From: Dehalococcoidia bacterium
GTDB lineage: Bacteria; Chloroflexota; Dehalococcoidia; Lucifugimonadales; JAGWBF01
Reading direction: 5' to 3'
Assembly: GCA_964291465.2 (NCBI GenBank)
Contig: OZ219935.1
Span: forward strand, 8,229 to 72,228
DNA: 64,000 bases
In this document: positions 9,755 through 19,534 of the stretch, one piece after another
How positions within the stretch are numbered: position 1 is the first letter of the stretch
Layout of the letters: each line of letters begins with the position of its first letter
The notes under the pieces: generated by a model
What the model saw: the letters and a program-made list of their open reading frames with translations, nothing else
What the model was told of the DNA's origin: nothing
Database searches by the model: none
Program-made: the position numbers and the translations under genes

Positions 9755-10957
9755 CTACCCCCTGGGCAGCCCCAGGCCCCGGCGGGCCATCTGGTCCCGC
9801 ATCACCTGGACGCTGCCGTGGTTGATCCCCGACTGGAAGGAGCCCATCACGTTGTGGGCGAACAGCCCCTCCTCTACGGCGTCCTCGGACCCCTGCAGGA
9901 GCTGGGCGTAGGGGCCCAGTATCTGGGTGATGGTCTCGGTGGTGCGGACGCCGTGCTCGGGGGCCCACACCTTCTCCGCCGAGCCCTCGTAGGTAAACTC
10001 ACCCCCGCGCTCGACGATGGACATGCTGCGCATGGTCATGAGGCGGCACACCTGGGCCTCGATCCACAGCTCGGCCAGACGGTCCCTCACCGAGTCCTCC
10101 TCGGCGGGGGAGTAGCCCTCGAAACGGTTCTCCTTCACCCAGTTGATGATGTCCTCGTCCCGCCGGACGGATATCAGGTACCGGTTGGCGCCGACCCTGT
10201 CCAGGTTCAGCGCCATGGCCCCCACGTACCAGCCCATGTTCTCCTCGCCCAGCAGGGCGTCGGTGGGGACCCGCACGTCCTCCAGGAACACCTCGTTGGT
10301 CCGGGCGGTGCCGTAGGTGGTGCCCGTGGGCGCCGGCGGGTCGTTCTGGATGGTCCACAGGGGGCGCACCGTTATGCCCGGCAGCTCCATGGGCACCAGG
10401 AAGATGGAGATGCCCCGGTGCCTGGGCGCCTCGGGGTCTGTCCGGGCCATGAGATAGATGTGGGTCGCGTAGTGGGCGGCCGACGTGAACATCTTCTGGC
10501 CGTTGATGACGTAGTGGTCGCCGTCCCTGACGGCCCGGCACTGCAGCCCGGCCAGGTCCGCCCCCGCCTGGGGCTCGGTGAACCCAAGGGCGAAGATGAT
10601 GTCCCCGTTGATCAGGCCCGGGAGGAAGTGCTTCTTCTGCTCCTCCGTCCCCGCCGCCAGGATGGCCGGAGCGCCGCTGCCGGCGCCGCCCACGGATATG
10701 CCCACCCTGGCGAACTCCTCCTCGACGATGTACTGGTCGATGCGGCTCCCGCCCTGGCCGCCGTACTCCCTGGGCCAGCTCATGCCGATCCATCCGCGGG
10801 AGGCGACCTCCTTGTACAGCTGCCTCGACAACGGGCCCCGGGTGTTCTCGCCAAAGTCCTCGACCTCCGCGATGAGCTCGGGGGTCACGTGCTCGGCTAT
10901 GAACCCCTGCACCTCTTCCCGCAGGGCTTCCTGTTCCGGCGTGAAGCCGAAGTCCAT
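9755..10957 (-). CDS. acyl-CoA dehydrogenase family protein
   Basis: The likely start is MDFGFTPEQEALREEV (ATG at 10955-10957, after GAAGAGGTGG). ACAD motifs are present (ALGFTEPQAGAD, KMFTS, TYEGSAE). Confidence 0.88.
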   Translation of the reverse strand: MDFGFTPEQEALREEVQGFIAEHVTPELIAEVEDFGENTRGPLSRQLYKEVASRGWIGMSWPREYGGQGGSRIDQYIVEEEFARVGISVGGAGSGAPAILAAGTEEQKKHFLPGLINGDIIFALGFTEPQAGADLAGLQCRAVRDGDHYVINGQKMFTSAAHYATHIYLMARTDPEAPRHRGISIFLVPMELPGITVRPLWTIQNDPPAPTGTTYGTARTNEVFLEDVRVPTDALLGEENMGWYVGAMALNLDRVGANRYLISVRRDEDIINWVKENRFEGYSPAEEDSVRDRLAELWIEAQVCRLMTMRSMSIVERGGEFTYEGSAEKVWAPEHGVRTTETITQILGPYAQLLQGSEDAVEEGLFAHNVMGSFQSGINHGSVQVMRDQMARRGLGLPRG

Positions 10958-11081
10958 GGTCCACCTCTTCGCCCGCTCGGCCGGGAGCCTGGGGGCCCGC
11001 CGGCTTCGCAGGAGGTATCTGGGCCCCTTCATTCTGCCCTTGCGCTGCGGGACTGTCAAGGCGGCGCGCTGAGGCCGCCCG

Positions 11082-12923
11082 TCACGAGCCGTCGTGAAGA
11101 AGCAGGGGGGCCAGCGCGTCGGCCAGGGGAGGCAGGTGGGTCTCCCAATCGCCCACGATGGTGAAGTCCGCCCCCTGCAGGATGGGACTGCGGCGGGGGT
11201 TGGGGTTGTTGTTGATGGCGAGTATGGTCCCCGCTCTCTGGATGCCCACCATGTGGTTGAAGTCCCCGCGTATGCCCACCGCTATGTACACCCGGGGAGC
11301 GATGGCCTTCCCCGTCAGACCCACCTGGAGCTGCCTGGGCAGCCAACCCGCGTCGGCCACGTTGCGGGTGGCCGCCACCTCCGCCCCCAGACTCCGGGCA
11401 ACGGCGTGGATGGCCGGCAGCTTCTCGGGGCCGCCGACTCCCATGCCCACGCCCACCACCACCCGGGCCCGCTCCAGGGCCAGGCCCCCGGCGTCCGACT
11501 CCCGGTGGACCTCCAGCAGCCTCATGTCCGGCGCCCCGGCCTCGTCGACGTCGACCACCTCCACCGGGGCGTCCAGGGCCCGGTCGGGCGCGACGGGGCT
11601 CAACAGGCCAGGGCGCAGGGTGGCCATGTACGGGCGGGTGCTCGAGAGTATCGGGGCCACCACGTTTCCGCCCAGGGCGGGCTTCAGCTGCACCAGGGCG
11701 CCGGAGTCGTCAATCTCCAGGTCGACGCAGTCCCCGGTCAGCCCCAGGGACAGGGCCGCCGCCACCCGGGACGCCACGTCCCGGCCGTTGGCGGTGGAGG
11801 GGAACAGCACGGCGTAGGGGCTGTGCTCCCGCACGGCCCCGGCCAGGGCCGAAACGCACGCCAGCCCCGCCGGGTGCATCGACTCCGTCGCCGCCAGGAC
11901 TATCACCCTGTCCGCTCCGTGGGCCGCAAGCTCCCGGACCTCCCCGGCCGGCCCGGCGCCCGTCAGCACCGCGACCACCTCGCCGCGGGTTATGTCAGCA
12001 AGGTGCCGGGCCTTGCCCAGTATCTCGAAGGTCGTGGCTCGCAGTCCCGAGGCAACGCGCTCGCCCACCACCCACAGGGCCGCGCCGGGCCCGCCCTCGT
12101 ACCTCTCCCAGACGGCGCGCGGGGCCGCCGCCGGGACCGGGGGCCTCTCGCTGAAGGCCTCCACCAGCTTCCTGGCCGCGTCCCGGGGGTCCTCCTCCTC
12201 GATGATCACCCCGGCGCGCTGGGAGGCCACGAACCGTATCTCCGAAACGGAGGTGGGGGAGCCGGCGGCGCCGAACAGGGACCCGTCATCGGACAAGTCT
12301 GGGGCGCCCAGGTCCGTGATGGCCGGGGCCTCCCTGGCCGCCAGCATGTCCTGACGGGACGGGAACCGCTCGGGCATGACCCCTTCGGTCACGCTCACCA
12401 CGGCGGGGAGGGGGCACTCGATGACCTCGTAGCCCTCGTCGGTCTCTCGCTCCACCCGGATGGGGCCCGCCTCGGAGGCGCAGTCCAGCCTGCGGACGTT
12501 GCCCACGTAGGGCAGGCCAAGGAGCTGCGCCAGCTCGGGCCCCACCTGGCCCGTCTCGGCGTCGGTGCTGTGCCGGCCGCACAGCACCAGGTCATGGGCC
12601 TCCCGCTCCAGCGCCAGCGACAGGCTCCGGGCGGTGGCCAGGGTGTCCGACCCGGCCATGGCCCGGTCCGTCAGGTGCACCGCTCGGTCCGCGCCCATGG
12701 CCAGGCACTGGACCAGGGCGTCCCGCGCCTGGGGCGGACCCATCGTATACGCAACTACCTCTCCCCCGACCTGCTCCGCGAGCTGGACAGCCCTGTCCAC
12801 CGCCAGCAGGTCGAAGGAGTTGACCTCCAGGGGGACGCCCTCCCGCACGATGGTCTTGGACTCGTAGTCGAAGGTGATCCGGGACAAGACGGGCACCTGC
12901 TTGACGCACACCGCTATTCGCAT
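11082..12923 (-). CDS. fused electron transfer flavoprotein beta-alpha (EtfB-EtfA) polypeptide
   Basis: 613 aa. The N-terminal ~250 aa is EtfB-like (MRIAVCVKQVP...CGRHSTDAETGQVGPELA). The C-terminal ~320 aa is EtfA-like (YIAVGIRGDFNHMVGIQRAGTILAINNNP...ADFTIVGDW). Confidence 0.85.
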   Translation of the reverse strand: MRIAVCVKQVPVLSRITFDYESKTIVREGVPLEVNSFDLLAVDRAVQLAEQVGGEVVAYTMGPPQARDALVQCLAMGADRAVHLTDRAMAGSDTLATARSLSLALEREAHDLVLCGRHSTDAETGQVGPELAQLLGLPYVGNVRRLDCASEAGPIRVERETDEGYEVIECPLPAVVSVTEGVMPERFPSRQDMLAAREAPAITDLGAPDLSDDGSLFGAAGSPTSVSEIRFVASQRAGVIIEEEDPRDAARKLVEAFSERPPVPAAAPRAVWERYEGGPGAALWVVGERVASGLRATTFEILGKARHLADITRGEVVAVLTGAGPAGEVRELAAHGADRVIVLAATESMHPAGLACVSALAGAVREHSPYAVLFPSTANGRDVASRVAAALSLGLTGDCVDLEIDDSGALVQLKPALGGNVVAPILSSTRPYMATLRPGLLSPVAPDRALDAPVEVVDVDEAGAPDMRLLEVHRESDAGGLALERARVVVGVGMGVGGPEKLPAIHAVARSLGAEVAATRNVADAGWLPRQLQVGLTGKAIAPRVYIAVGIRGDFNHMVGIQRAGTILAINNNPNPRRSPILQGADFTIVGDWETHLPPLADALAPLLLHDGS

Positions 12924-14368
12924 GGACCCTCCTTGGAAACGGGAGCCGCCTCACCTCCCGCTGCCACCGGTTCAGCCGCCAGGGCCGCCTCCATGCCCGT
13001 CCGCAGCTCGTCCAGCCGGGGGCTCATGCGTACGGGATACGCGGATGGGTCCCGAAGGGCCTTGACGCCGTCGTCCAGGGCCTCCAGGTCCCGGCGAAGG
13101 AGCTCCCGGGCCTCGTCCAGCCCGGGGACTTCCCCCATCGCCCTGCCTCCCCGCATCACCTGTCGCAGCAAGGGCTCGGAGGAGAGTCCCTCCCCACCGG
13201 ACGGGGGCGCCTCCTCGTCGCGCAGGGCGATGACGTCCCCGGCCAGACGCCCGGCCGGGTCGCGCCGCCTGAACACCTGCTTCTCTCCCGGGATGGAGGC
13301 CTTGCCCGTGCTCAGCTTGAGCACGGGGCGGCAGCCGTACTGCACCAGCTTGTAGGCCATGTCAGTCCAGGGGGCGTCGGCGGAAACGCCCATCTTCGTA
13401 CCCACCCCGAAGGCGTCGATGGGAGCGCCACTGCCGGCCAGCCTGTCGACGTCGAGCTCGTCCAGGCCGCCGCTGGCAACTATCCTCACGCCAGTAAGCT
13501 CGGCGTCGTCCAGCACGGCGCGGACCTCCCGGCTCAGGGAGTCCAGGTCCCCGCTGTCCAGCCTCACGCCGTCCAGGGACCTGCCCCGGGCCTTCATCTC
13601 ATTTCCCACCAGGGCGGCGTTGCGGGCCCCGGCCACGGTGTCGTAGGTGTCTATCAGCAGGATGGCCCTGTCCGGGAAGCTCTCGGCGTAGGCGCGGAAG
13701 GCGTCCACCTCGCGCTCGTAGCTGGATACGAAGGAGTGGGCCATGGTGCCGGCCAGGGGCATCCCGTAGGCCTTTCCCGCCATGACGTTGCTGGTCGCCT
13801 GGAAGCCGGCGATGTAGCTGCACCGGGCCACCTTCATGCCCGCGTCGACGCCATGGGTGCGGCGCAGGGAAAAGTCGACGATGGGCCTGCCCCGCCCCGC
13901 CTGGACGCACCGGGACGCCTTGGTGGCCATCATCGTCTGCAGGTTCACCTGGTTTATGACGTAGCTCTCCACCGCCTGGGCCTCCACCACGGGACCGGAC
14001 ACCTCCAGGACCGGCTCCTCGGCGAAGAAGACCCTCCCCTCGGGCATGGCCCGGACGTCGCCGGTAAACCTCACCCCGGACAGGTACTCCAGGAAGTCGC
14101 CGTGGAACATCCTGGTGGAGACCAGGTAGTCGATGGACTCCTCGGGGAAGCGCCACTCCTCCAGGTATCGCAGCACGTCTTCCAGCCCAGCCGCCACGAA
14201 ATAGCCCCGGTTGGGGGGATAGCTCCGGATGAACAGGCTGAAGGTGGCCCGGGATGACATCCCGTGCTGGAAATAGGTCTGGGCCATGGTCAGCTCGTAG
14301 AGGTCGGTCACGAGACCGGGCTCCGAGAGGCCGGCAAACGGCGCTTTCCGGTTGTCGGTAGGCGGCAT
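12914..14368 (-). CDS. pncB: nicotinate phosphoribosyltransferase
   Basis: 484 aa. LVTDLYELTMAQTYF at the N-terminus and GTMAHSF are NAPRTase signatures. Confidence 0.88.
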   Translation of the reverse strand: MPPTDNRKAPFAGLSEPGLVTDLYELTMAQTYFQHGMSSRATFSLFIRSYPPNRGYFVAAGLEDVLRYLEEWRFPEESIDYLVSTRMFHGDFLEYLSGVRFTGDVRAMPEGRVFFAEEPVLEVSGPVVEAQAVESYVINQVNLQTMMATKASRCVQAGRGRPIVDFSLRRTHGVDAGMKVARCSYIAGFQATSNVMAGKAYGMPLAGTMAHSFVSSYEREVDAFRAYAESFPDRAILLIDTYDTVAGARNAALVGNEMKARGRSLDGVRLDSGDLDSLSREVRAVLDDAELTGVRIVASGGLDELDVDRLAGSGAPIDAFGVGTKMGVSADAPWTDMAYKLVQYGCRPVLKLSTGKASIPGEKQVFRRRDPAGRLAGDVIALRDEEAPPSGGEGLSSEPLLRQVMRGGRAMGEVPGLDEARELLRRDLEALDDGVKALRDPSAYPVRMSPRLDELRTGMEAALAAEPVAAGGEAAPVSKEGPCE

Positions 14369-14375
14369 GGCGGTA

Positions 14376-15674
14376 CTATTGGGTCGAGGCGCCGCTGCGT
14401 ACGCGCCCGTTGGCGCTCCCCAGGACGTGGATCCGCACCCGCTCGATCTTGACCCGCTTCATCTCCGTCACCTGCATCCGCAGGTCACGGTAGTACAGGT
14501 ACTCTCCCTCCTGGGGGATGTGCCCAAGCTGCTCCAGGATGAACCCGGCCAGGGTCTGATAGTTCCCCTCGGGTAGGTCCAGGCCCAGCTCCTCGTTGGC
14601 CTCCAGGACTCCCATCCCGGCATCGGCGTCGTAGACGTTCTCTCCGACGGCCTCGAACTCGTCCCTGCCATCCTCCCCCTCCTCCCTGACGGGGCCCACG
14701 ATGACCTCCAGCAGGCTCTTGAGGGTCACCAGGCCCGCCACACCACCGTACTGGTCGATGATGATGGCCATCTGCTGCCCGCTCTCCCGCATCTCCTCGA
14801 AGAGCCGGCTCACCGACTTGGTCTCCGGCACGAAGTAGACGGTGCGCATGACCTCGGTTACGCTGGCGTCGGGACCGATGCCCGCTTCCGCCATGGTCTG
14901 CACCAGGTCCTTGACCGACAGCAGCCCCACCACGTTCTCGGTATCGCCCTCGTAGACCGGGAAGCGGGTATGGGTCTGCCGGGCGTACACCTTGAGGAAC
15001 TCGTCCAGCCGGGTGCCCTTCTCTACCCACAGGATCTCGGTCCTGGGAGTCATCACCTCGTGCACCTGGCGGTCGCCGAAGTGGAACACCTTCTCCAGCA
15101 TCTCCGCCTCGGTGGGCTCCACCGTGCCCGTCCGCGCCCCCACGGAGATCATGGTGCGTATCTCGTCCTCGGTCACCTGGGCCTTGGCGTTGTCGATCCC
15201 CACCGCCTTGCTGGCGAGCAGGCTGATCCCCTGGAGCACCGTCACGGCGGGCGCCAGGGCCAGTCCCGCCACCGTCAGCGGCCTGGCAACGATGAAGGCG
15301 GCCTCCTCGGACCGGCTCCACGCCAGGGTCTTCGGCAGGGTCTCGCAGAATATCAGGACCACCAGGGTAACCCCCACGGTGGCCGCCAGGACGGCTATGT
15401 CGGGGTTGTCGACGATGCTGATGGCGACGGCGGTGGCCAGCGCGGCCGCGGCGGTGTTGACGAGGTTGTTCCCCAGCAACACCGTGGCGAGAATCCGCTG
15501 GGGCCGCTCCATCAGCCGGGCCACCCGCCGGGCGCCCGGCCCGCCGCCGTCCTCGAGCTGCAGGAGGCGCACCCGGGAGAGGGCTATGAACGCCGTCTCG
15601 GAGGCGGAGAAGAAAGCGGACAGGAGCAGACAGAGAGCAAGGAGCGCCAGCTTCCAAAGGTCACCGGTTTCCAT
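14376..15674 (-). CDS. CNNM/CorC/HlyC family protein (DUF21-CBS-CorC_HlyC)
   Basis: 432 aa. It has an N-terminal 4-TM DUF21, a CBS pair, and a C-terminal CorC_HlyC domain (GHIPQEGE...VTEMKRVKIERVRI). Confidence 0.85.
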   Translation of the reverse strand: METGDLWKLALLALCLLLSAFFSASETAFIALSRVRLLQLEDGGGPGARRVARLMERPQRILATVLLGNNLVNTAAAALATAVAISIVDNPDIAVLAATVGVTLVVLIFCETLPKTLAWSRSEEAAFIVARPLTVAGLALAPAVTVLQGISLLASKAVGIDNAKAQVTEDEIRTMISVGARTGTVEPTEAEMLEKVFHFGDRQVHEVMTPRTEILWVEKGTRLDEFLKVYARQTHTRFPVYEGDTENVVGLLSVKDLVQTMAEAGIGPDASVTEVMRTVYFVPETKSVSRLFEEMRESGQQMAIIIDQYGGVAGLVTLKSLLEVIVGPVREEGEDGRDEFEAVGENVYDADAGMGVLEANEELGLDLPEGNYQTLAGFILEQLGHIPQEGEYLYYRDLRMQVTEMKRVKIERVRIHVLGSANGRVRSGASTQ

Positions 15675-15894
15675 GGTTTGCCACCCCTGTGGCCCATCCT
15701 CCTGAGCACCGAGTCAGACCCCGTCAAAAAACAACTGGCCCCGCACTCCGTCTTCGGAGCTCGAGGCCAGACACCGGTCTCTAGACTATCGTATTGCTAC
15801 ACACGAGAGAGTGCGAAGGGGATTGGCATACCCCTTACCGGATAGGATAGCACGACCGCCGGCGCCGATTCAACCGGCGGCCCGCGGGTCCCCG

Positions 15895-17316
15895 TTACAC
15901 CGCGGCCGTCCCCTGGCGTGAGGCCGGGGGAGGGATGTTGAGGTTCTGGCGGAAGAAGTTGGTGGGATCGTACTTCTCTTTGAGGGCAAGCAGGCGGTCA
16001 TAGCTGGCCCCGTAGGCCGCCCGCGCCTGGTCGACGGGCCCGCCGGACTCGGGGCTGTGGCCGTTGACGTATATGCCACCCGTGGACAGGGGCTGCACGG
16101 CCCGGGCCAGGTCCCGCGCCCACCTGACGTGGACCTCACCGTCGCCGGGGCCCTCCCAGGCCGCGCTGACGATCAGGTCGTACTCCGCCGCCCGGTGGGT
16201 AAACGCCCCCGCATCCGGGCCGCCCTCTCTCATGGCGCCGCCCATCTGCTGGAAGAACACGCCCGACCTGGGAGAGGTGACCCGGGCGAAGTGGTCCAGG
16301 ATGACGTCGATGAGCTCGTCGCTGATGGTCTCCAGGAAGCAGGACTTCTGGTAGTAGTGGACCCCGGGGGGCGTGGCGTAGTCGATCATGGACTGGATGT
16401 CGCCGTACTCCCTGGGGCGGATGGCGTCCTCCTTGGGGCCGTACTCGCGCAGGGGAGCCACGGCGCGCTCCGCCGCCTCCAGCGGCCCGTTGTAGCAGAC
16501 GCCGATGGTGATGTCGGGCAGGCCGTCGGGCCCCGTGCGGACCCCGCCTATGGTGTTCATCTCCCGGGGTATCTCCATGGAGAAGTCCCGGTAGAAGCGG
16601 AGCGTCTCTCTGGCCTCGTCGAAGGGATAGAAGGCCCGTCCTCCCGTGAACGGCCCGACGGGGTGCACACGGTATTGGAAGGCCGTCACTATGCCGAAGT
16701 TGCCCCCGCCTCCCCTGAGCCCCCAGAAGAGCTCCTCGTTCTCGGTTCGGCTGGCCGTGACGAACCTGCCGTCGGCGGTCACCAGGTCCGCGGACAGCAG
16801 GTTGTCGCAGGTGAGGCCGTGCTTGCGTCCCAGCCAGCCGATGCCGCCGCCCAGGGTCAGGCCCGCGATGCCCGTGTCGGAAACGGTGCCGCCGGTGGTG
16901 GCCATGCCGAAGGCCTGGGCCTCCCGGTCCAGCTCCGCCCAGGTCATCCCAGGCTGGGCCAGGGCCGTGCCGGCGGAGGGGTCGACCCGGGCGCCCTTCA
17001 TCGGGGAGAGGTCGATCATGAGCCCGCCGTCGCACACCGCCGCGCCGGACACGTTGTGCCCACCGCCGCGGACGGACACCAGCATCCCCTGCTCTCTGGC
17101 GAAACGGACGGCGTCGATGACGTCGGAAACACCCGCGCACCTGGCGATGAGGCCCGGACGCTTGTCTATCATGCCGTTCCAGACCTTGCGGGCGTCGTCG
17201 TAGCCGGGGTCCCCCTGGCGCAGCATCCGGCCGCCCAGACGCGCCTCGAAACGACGCACCGCTGGCTCGGGCACCCGGCGGCCGGATGTATCGAGGACCT
17301 CCCGCTGCGCCGTCAT
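15895..17316 (-). CDS. FAD-binding oxidoreductase (FAD_binding_4 plus BBE-like C-terminus)
   Basis: 473 aa. It has VSVRGGGHNVSG and the C-terminal YDPTNFFRQNLNIPP. Confidence 0.85.
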   Translation of the reverse strand: MTAQREVLDTSGRRVPEPAVRRFEARLGGRMLRQGDPGYDDARKVWNGMIDKRPGLIARCAGVSDVIDAVRFAREQGMLVSVRGGGHNVSGAAVCDGGLMIDLSPMKGARVDPSAGTALAQPGMTWAELDREAQAFGMATTGGTVSDTGIAGLTLGGGIGWLGRKHGLTCDNLLSADLVTADGRFVTASRTENEELFWGLRGGGGNFGIVTAFQYRVHPVGPFTGGRAFYPFDEARETLRFYRDFSMEIPREMNTIGGVRTGPDGLPDITIGVCYNGPLEAAERAVAPLREYGPKEDAIRPREYGDIQSMIDYATPPGVHYYQKSCFLETISDELIDVILDHFARVTSPRSGVFFQQMGGAMREGGPDAGAFTHRAAEYDLIVSAAWEGPGDGEVHVRWARDLARAVQPLSTGGIYVNGHSPESGGPVDQARAAYGASYDRLLALKEKYDPTNFFRQNLNIPPPASRQGTAAV

Positions 17317-17341
17317 CTGATCTTCTCCGCCCTGCTTCGCC

Positions 17342-18373
17342 CTACAGGGAACTCAGGAGCCGGTTTACCGCCGCCACGATGCGCGGCGTGTCGGGTATGT
17401 AGGACGACTCCAGTGGCTTGCTCTTGGGCACCGGTGTGTGGGGGGCCGTCACCTTGATGGGCGGGCCGTCCAGATAGTCGAAGGCCTCCTCCGCCACCGC
17501 CGCGCAGATGTCCGTGGCGATGCTGCAGCGGGGCGTGTCCTCGTCCACGACGACGACCCGGTGGGTCTTTCGCACAGACTCCAGGACCAGATCGTAGTCG
17601 ATGGGGGATATGCTCATCAGGTCCACCACCTCGGCGTCGACGCCGTCGGCGGCCAGGGTCTCCGCCGCCTCCAGGCAGAGCCTCGTCATGCGCGAGACTC
17701 CCACCAGGGTGACACTGCTTCCGGGCCGGACGACGCGGGCCTTGCCCAGGGGTATGGCGTAGGGCTCCTCGGGCACGGGCCCGGTCTCCGGGTACAGCAG
17801 CTTGTGCTCGAAGAAGACCACCGGGTCGTCGTCCCGGATGGCGGAGATGAGCAGGCCCTTGGCCGAGTAGGGATCGCTGGGGACGACTCCCTTGATGCCG
17901 GGGATATGGCTGAACATGGAGTAGAAGGACTGGGAGTGCTGGGCCGCCGAGCCGGTGCCGGCGCCGATGCGGGTCACCAGGGTGAAGGGCACCTTCACCT
18001 GCCCACCGTACATGTACCGCATTTTCGCGGCGTTGTTCAGGATCTGGTCCAGGCACACGCCCACGAAGTCCACGAACATCAGGTCGGCGACGGGCCGGAG
18101 CCCGGTGGAGGCGGCGCCGATGGCGGTGCCTACAAACCCGGCCTCCGACAGGGGCGTGTCCATCACCCGCCTGGAGCCGAACTTGGTTATCAGGCCCTTG
18201 GTGGTCCGGAAGGAGCCCCCCCAGGAGTCTATGAACCCCTGCTCCTCCCTGCCCGCGCCGCCGGCCACGTCCTCGCCCATGTAGATGACGGTGGAGTCCC
18301 GCTCCATCTCCTGGACCAACGCCTCGTTGATGGCCTGCCTGTAGGGGATCTCCCGGGTCGCGGTGGTGGTCAT
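17342..18373 (-). CDS. 2-oxoacid (pyruvate/acetoin-type) dehydrogenase E1 component beta subunit
   Basis: 343 aa with transketolase-like pyrimidine-binding and C-terminal domains (YMGEDV...DTPLSEAGFVG). Confidence 0.9.
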   Translation of the reverse strand: MTTTATREIPYRQAINEALVQEMERDSTVIYMGEDVAGGAGREEQGFIDSWGGSFRTTKGLITKFGSRRVMDTPLSEAGFVGTAIGAASTGLRPVADLMFVDFVGVCLDQILNNAAKMRYMYGGQVKVPFTLVTRIGAGTGSAAQHSQSFYSMFSHIPGIKGVVPSDPYSAKGLLISAIRDDDPVVFFEHKLLYPETGPVPEEPYAIPLGKARVVRPGSSVTLVGVSRMTRLCLEAAETLAADGVDAEVVDLMSISPIDYDLVLESVRKTHRVVVVDEDTPRCSIATDICAAVAEEAFDYLDGPPIKVTAPHTPVPKSKPLESSYIPDTPRIVAAVNRLLSSL

Positions 18374-18418
18374 CGGTCTCCTCTCGCTGCGAGCCCTTCC
18401 GTCCGGTCCGCCTCCGGC

Positions 18419-19441
18419 CTAGACGGTCATGTTGGTCCCGCGCCGCAGGGCCTCCAGGGGGTAGTCCACGTACACGTCGGTGTACAGCTCGTCGGGGGAG
18501 GGAAAGGGGCTGTCGTCGGCGAACTTGATGCCGTCCTGGATCTCCTGCTCGACGGACGAGTCGATCCCGTCCAACTCCTCTTTGTTGAAAGTTTCGGCGG
18601 CAATTACCCTGTTCCGGAAGAGGACCAGGGGGTCCCGGTCCCGCCACAGCTTCTCCTCCTCCAGGGTGCGGTAGCTGTAGCGGTCGTCCCCGCCGTGGTG
18701 TCCGTAGAAACGGTACGTCTTGCACTCCAGCAGGCTCGGCCCCTGGCCGGCCCGGGCCCGGGCCACCGCCTCCCCGGCGGCGGCGTACACGGCGAAGACG
18801 TCCATGCCGTCCACGACGACCCCCGGCATGTTGTATCCGGCGCCCCGGTCAGCCACGTTGGGGATGGCCGTAGCGTACTCCACGGGCGTGGACTCGGCGT
18901 ACTGGTTGTTCTCGCAAACGAATATCACGGGGAGCTTCCATACCGAGGCCAGGTTCATGCTCTCGTGGAGCACACCCTGGTTGGCGCCGCCGTCGCCGAA
19001 GAAGGCCACGGCCACGTTGTCGGTCCCGTTCACACGGCTGGTGAGGGCCGCGCCCACGGCCAGGGGGACGCTGGCAGCGACGACGCCATTGGTGCCCAGC
19101 ATACCCTTGCTCATGTCGGCGATGTGCATCGACCCGCCCTTGCCCTTGTTGCACCCGGTGGCCTTGCCGAACAGCTCGGCCACCATCAGCTTGGGGTCCA
19201 CGCCCTTGGCGATGCAGTGGCCGTGGCCCCTGTGGGTGCTGGCGATATAGTCGTCGTCCCGGAGGTGGGCGCATATCCCCGTGGGCACCGCCTCCTGGCC
19301 GGCCGACTGGTGCATGGACCCCGAGATCTGCCGCTGGGCCACCGCATTGGAGGCCAGCTCCTCGAAATGCCGGATGGTGACCATCGTGACGTACAGCGTC
19401 CGAAGGGTATCTTTGCTAAGCTCCATGGCACCCCCAAGCAA
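18419..19441 (-). CDS. 2-oxoacid dehydrogenase E1 component alpha subunit (TPP-dependent)
   Basis: 340 aa with the TPP-binding GDGGANQG...NN motif and YRFYGHH. Confidence 0.9.
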   Translation of the reverse strand: MLGGAMELSKDTLRTLYVTMVTIRHFEELASNAVAQRQISGSMHQSAGQEAVPTGICAHLRDDDYIASTHRGHGHCIAKGVDPKLMVAELFGKATGCNKGKGGSMHIADMSKGMLGTNGVVAASVPLAVGAALTSRVNGTDNVAVAFFGDGGANQGVLHESMNLASVWKLPVIFVCENNQYAESTPVEYATAIPNVADRGAGYNMPGVVVDGMDVFAVYAAAGEAVARARAGQGPSLLECKTYRFYGHHGGDDRYSYRTLEEEKLWRDRDPLVLFRNRVIAAETFNKEELDGIDSSVEQEIQDGIKFADDSPFPSPDELYTDVYVDYPLEALRRGTNMTV

Positions 19442-19534
19442 CTAGCGTGTCCAAGCTCCGACGCCCCAATCTTAGCACGGCCAGGGGTCGTGTCAATGGC
19501 CGCGACCCTGCGGTGACAGGGGCCGCCGCTCCTT

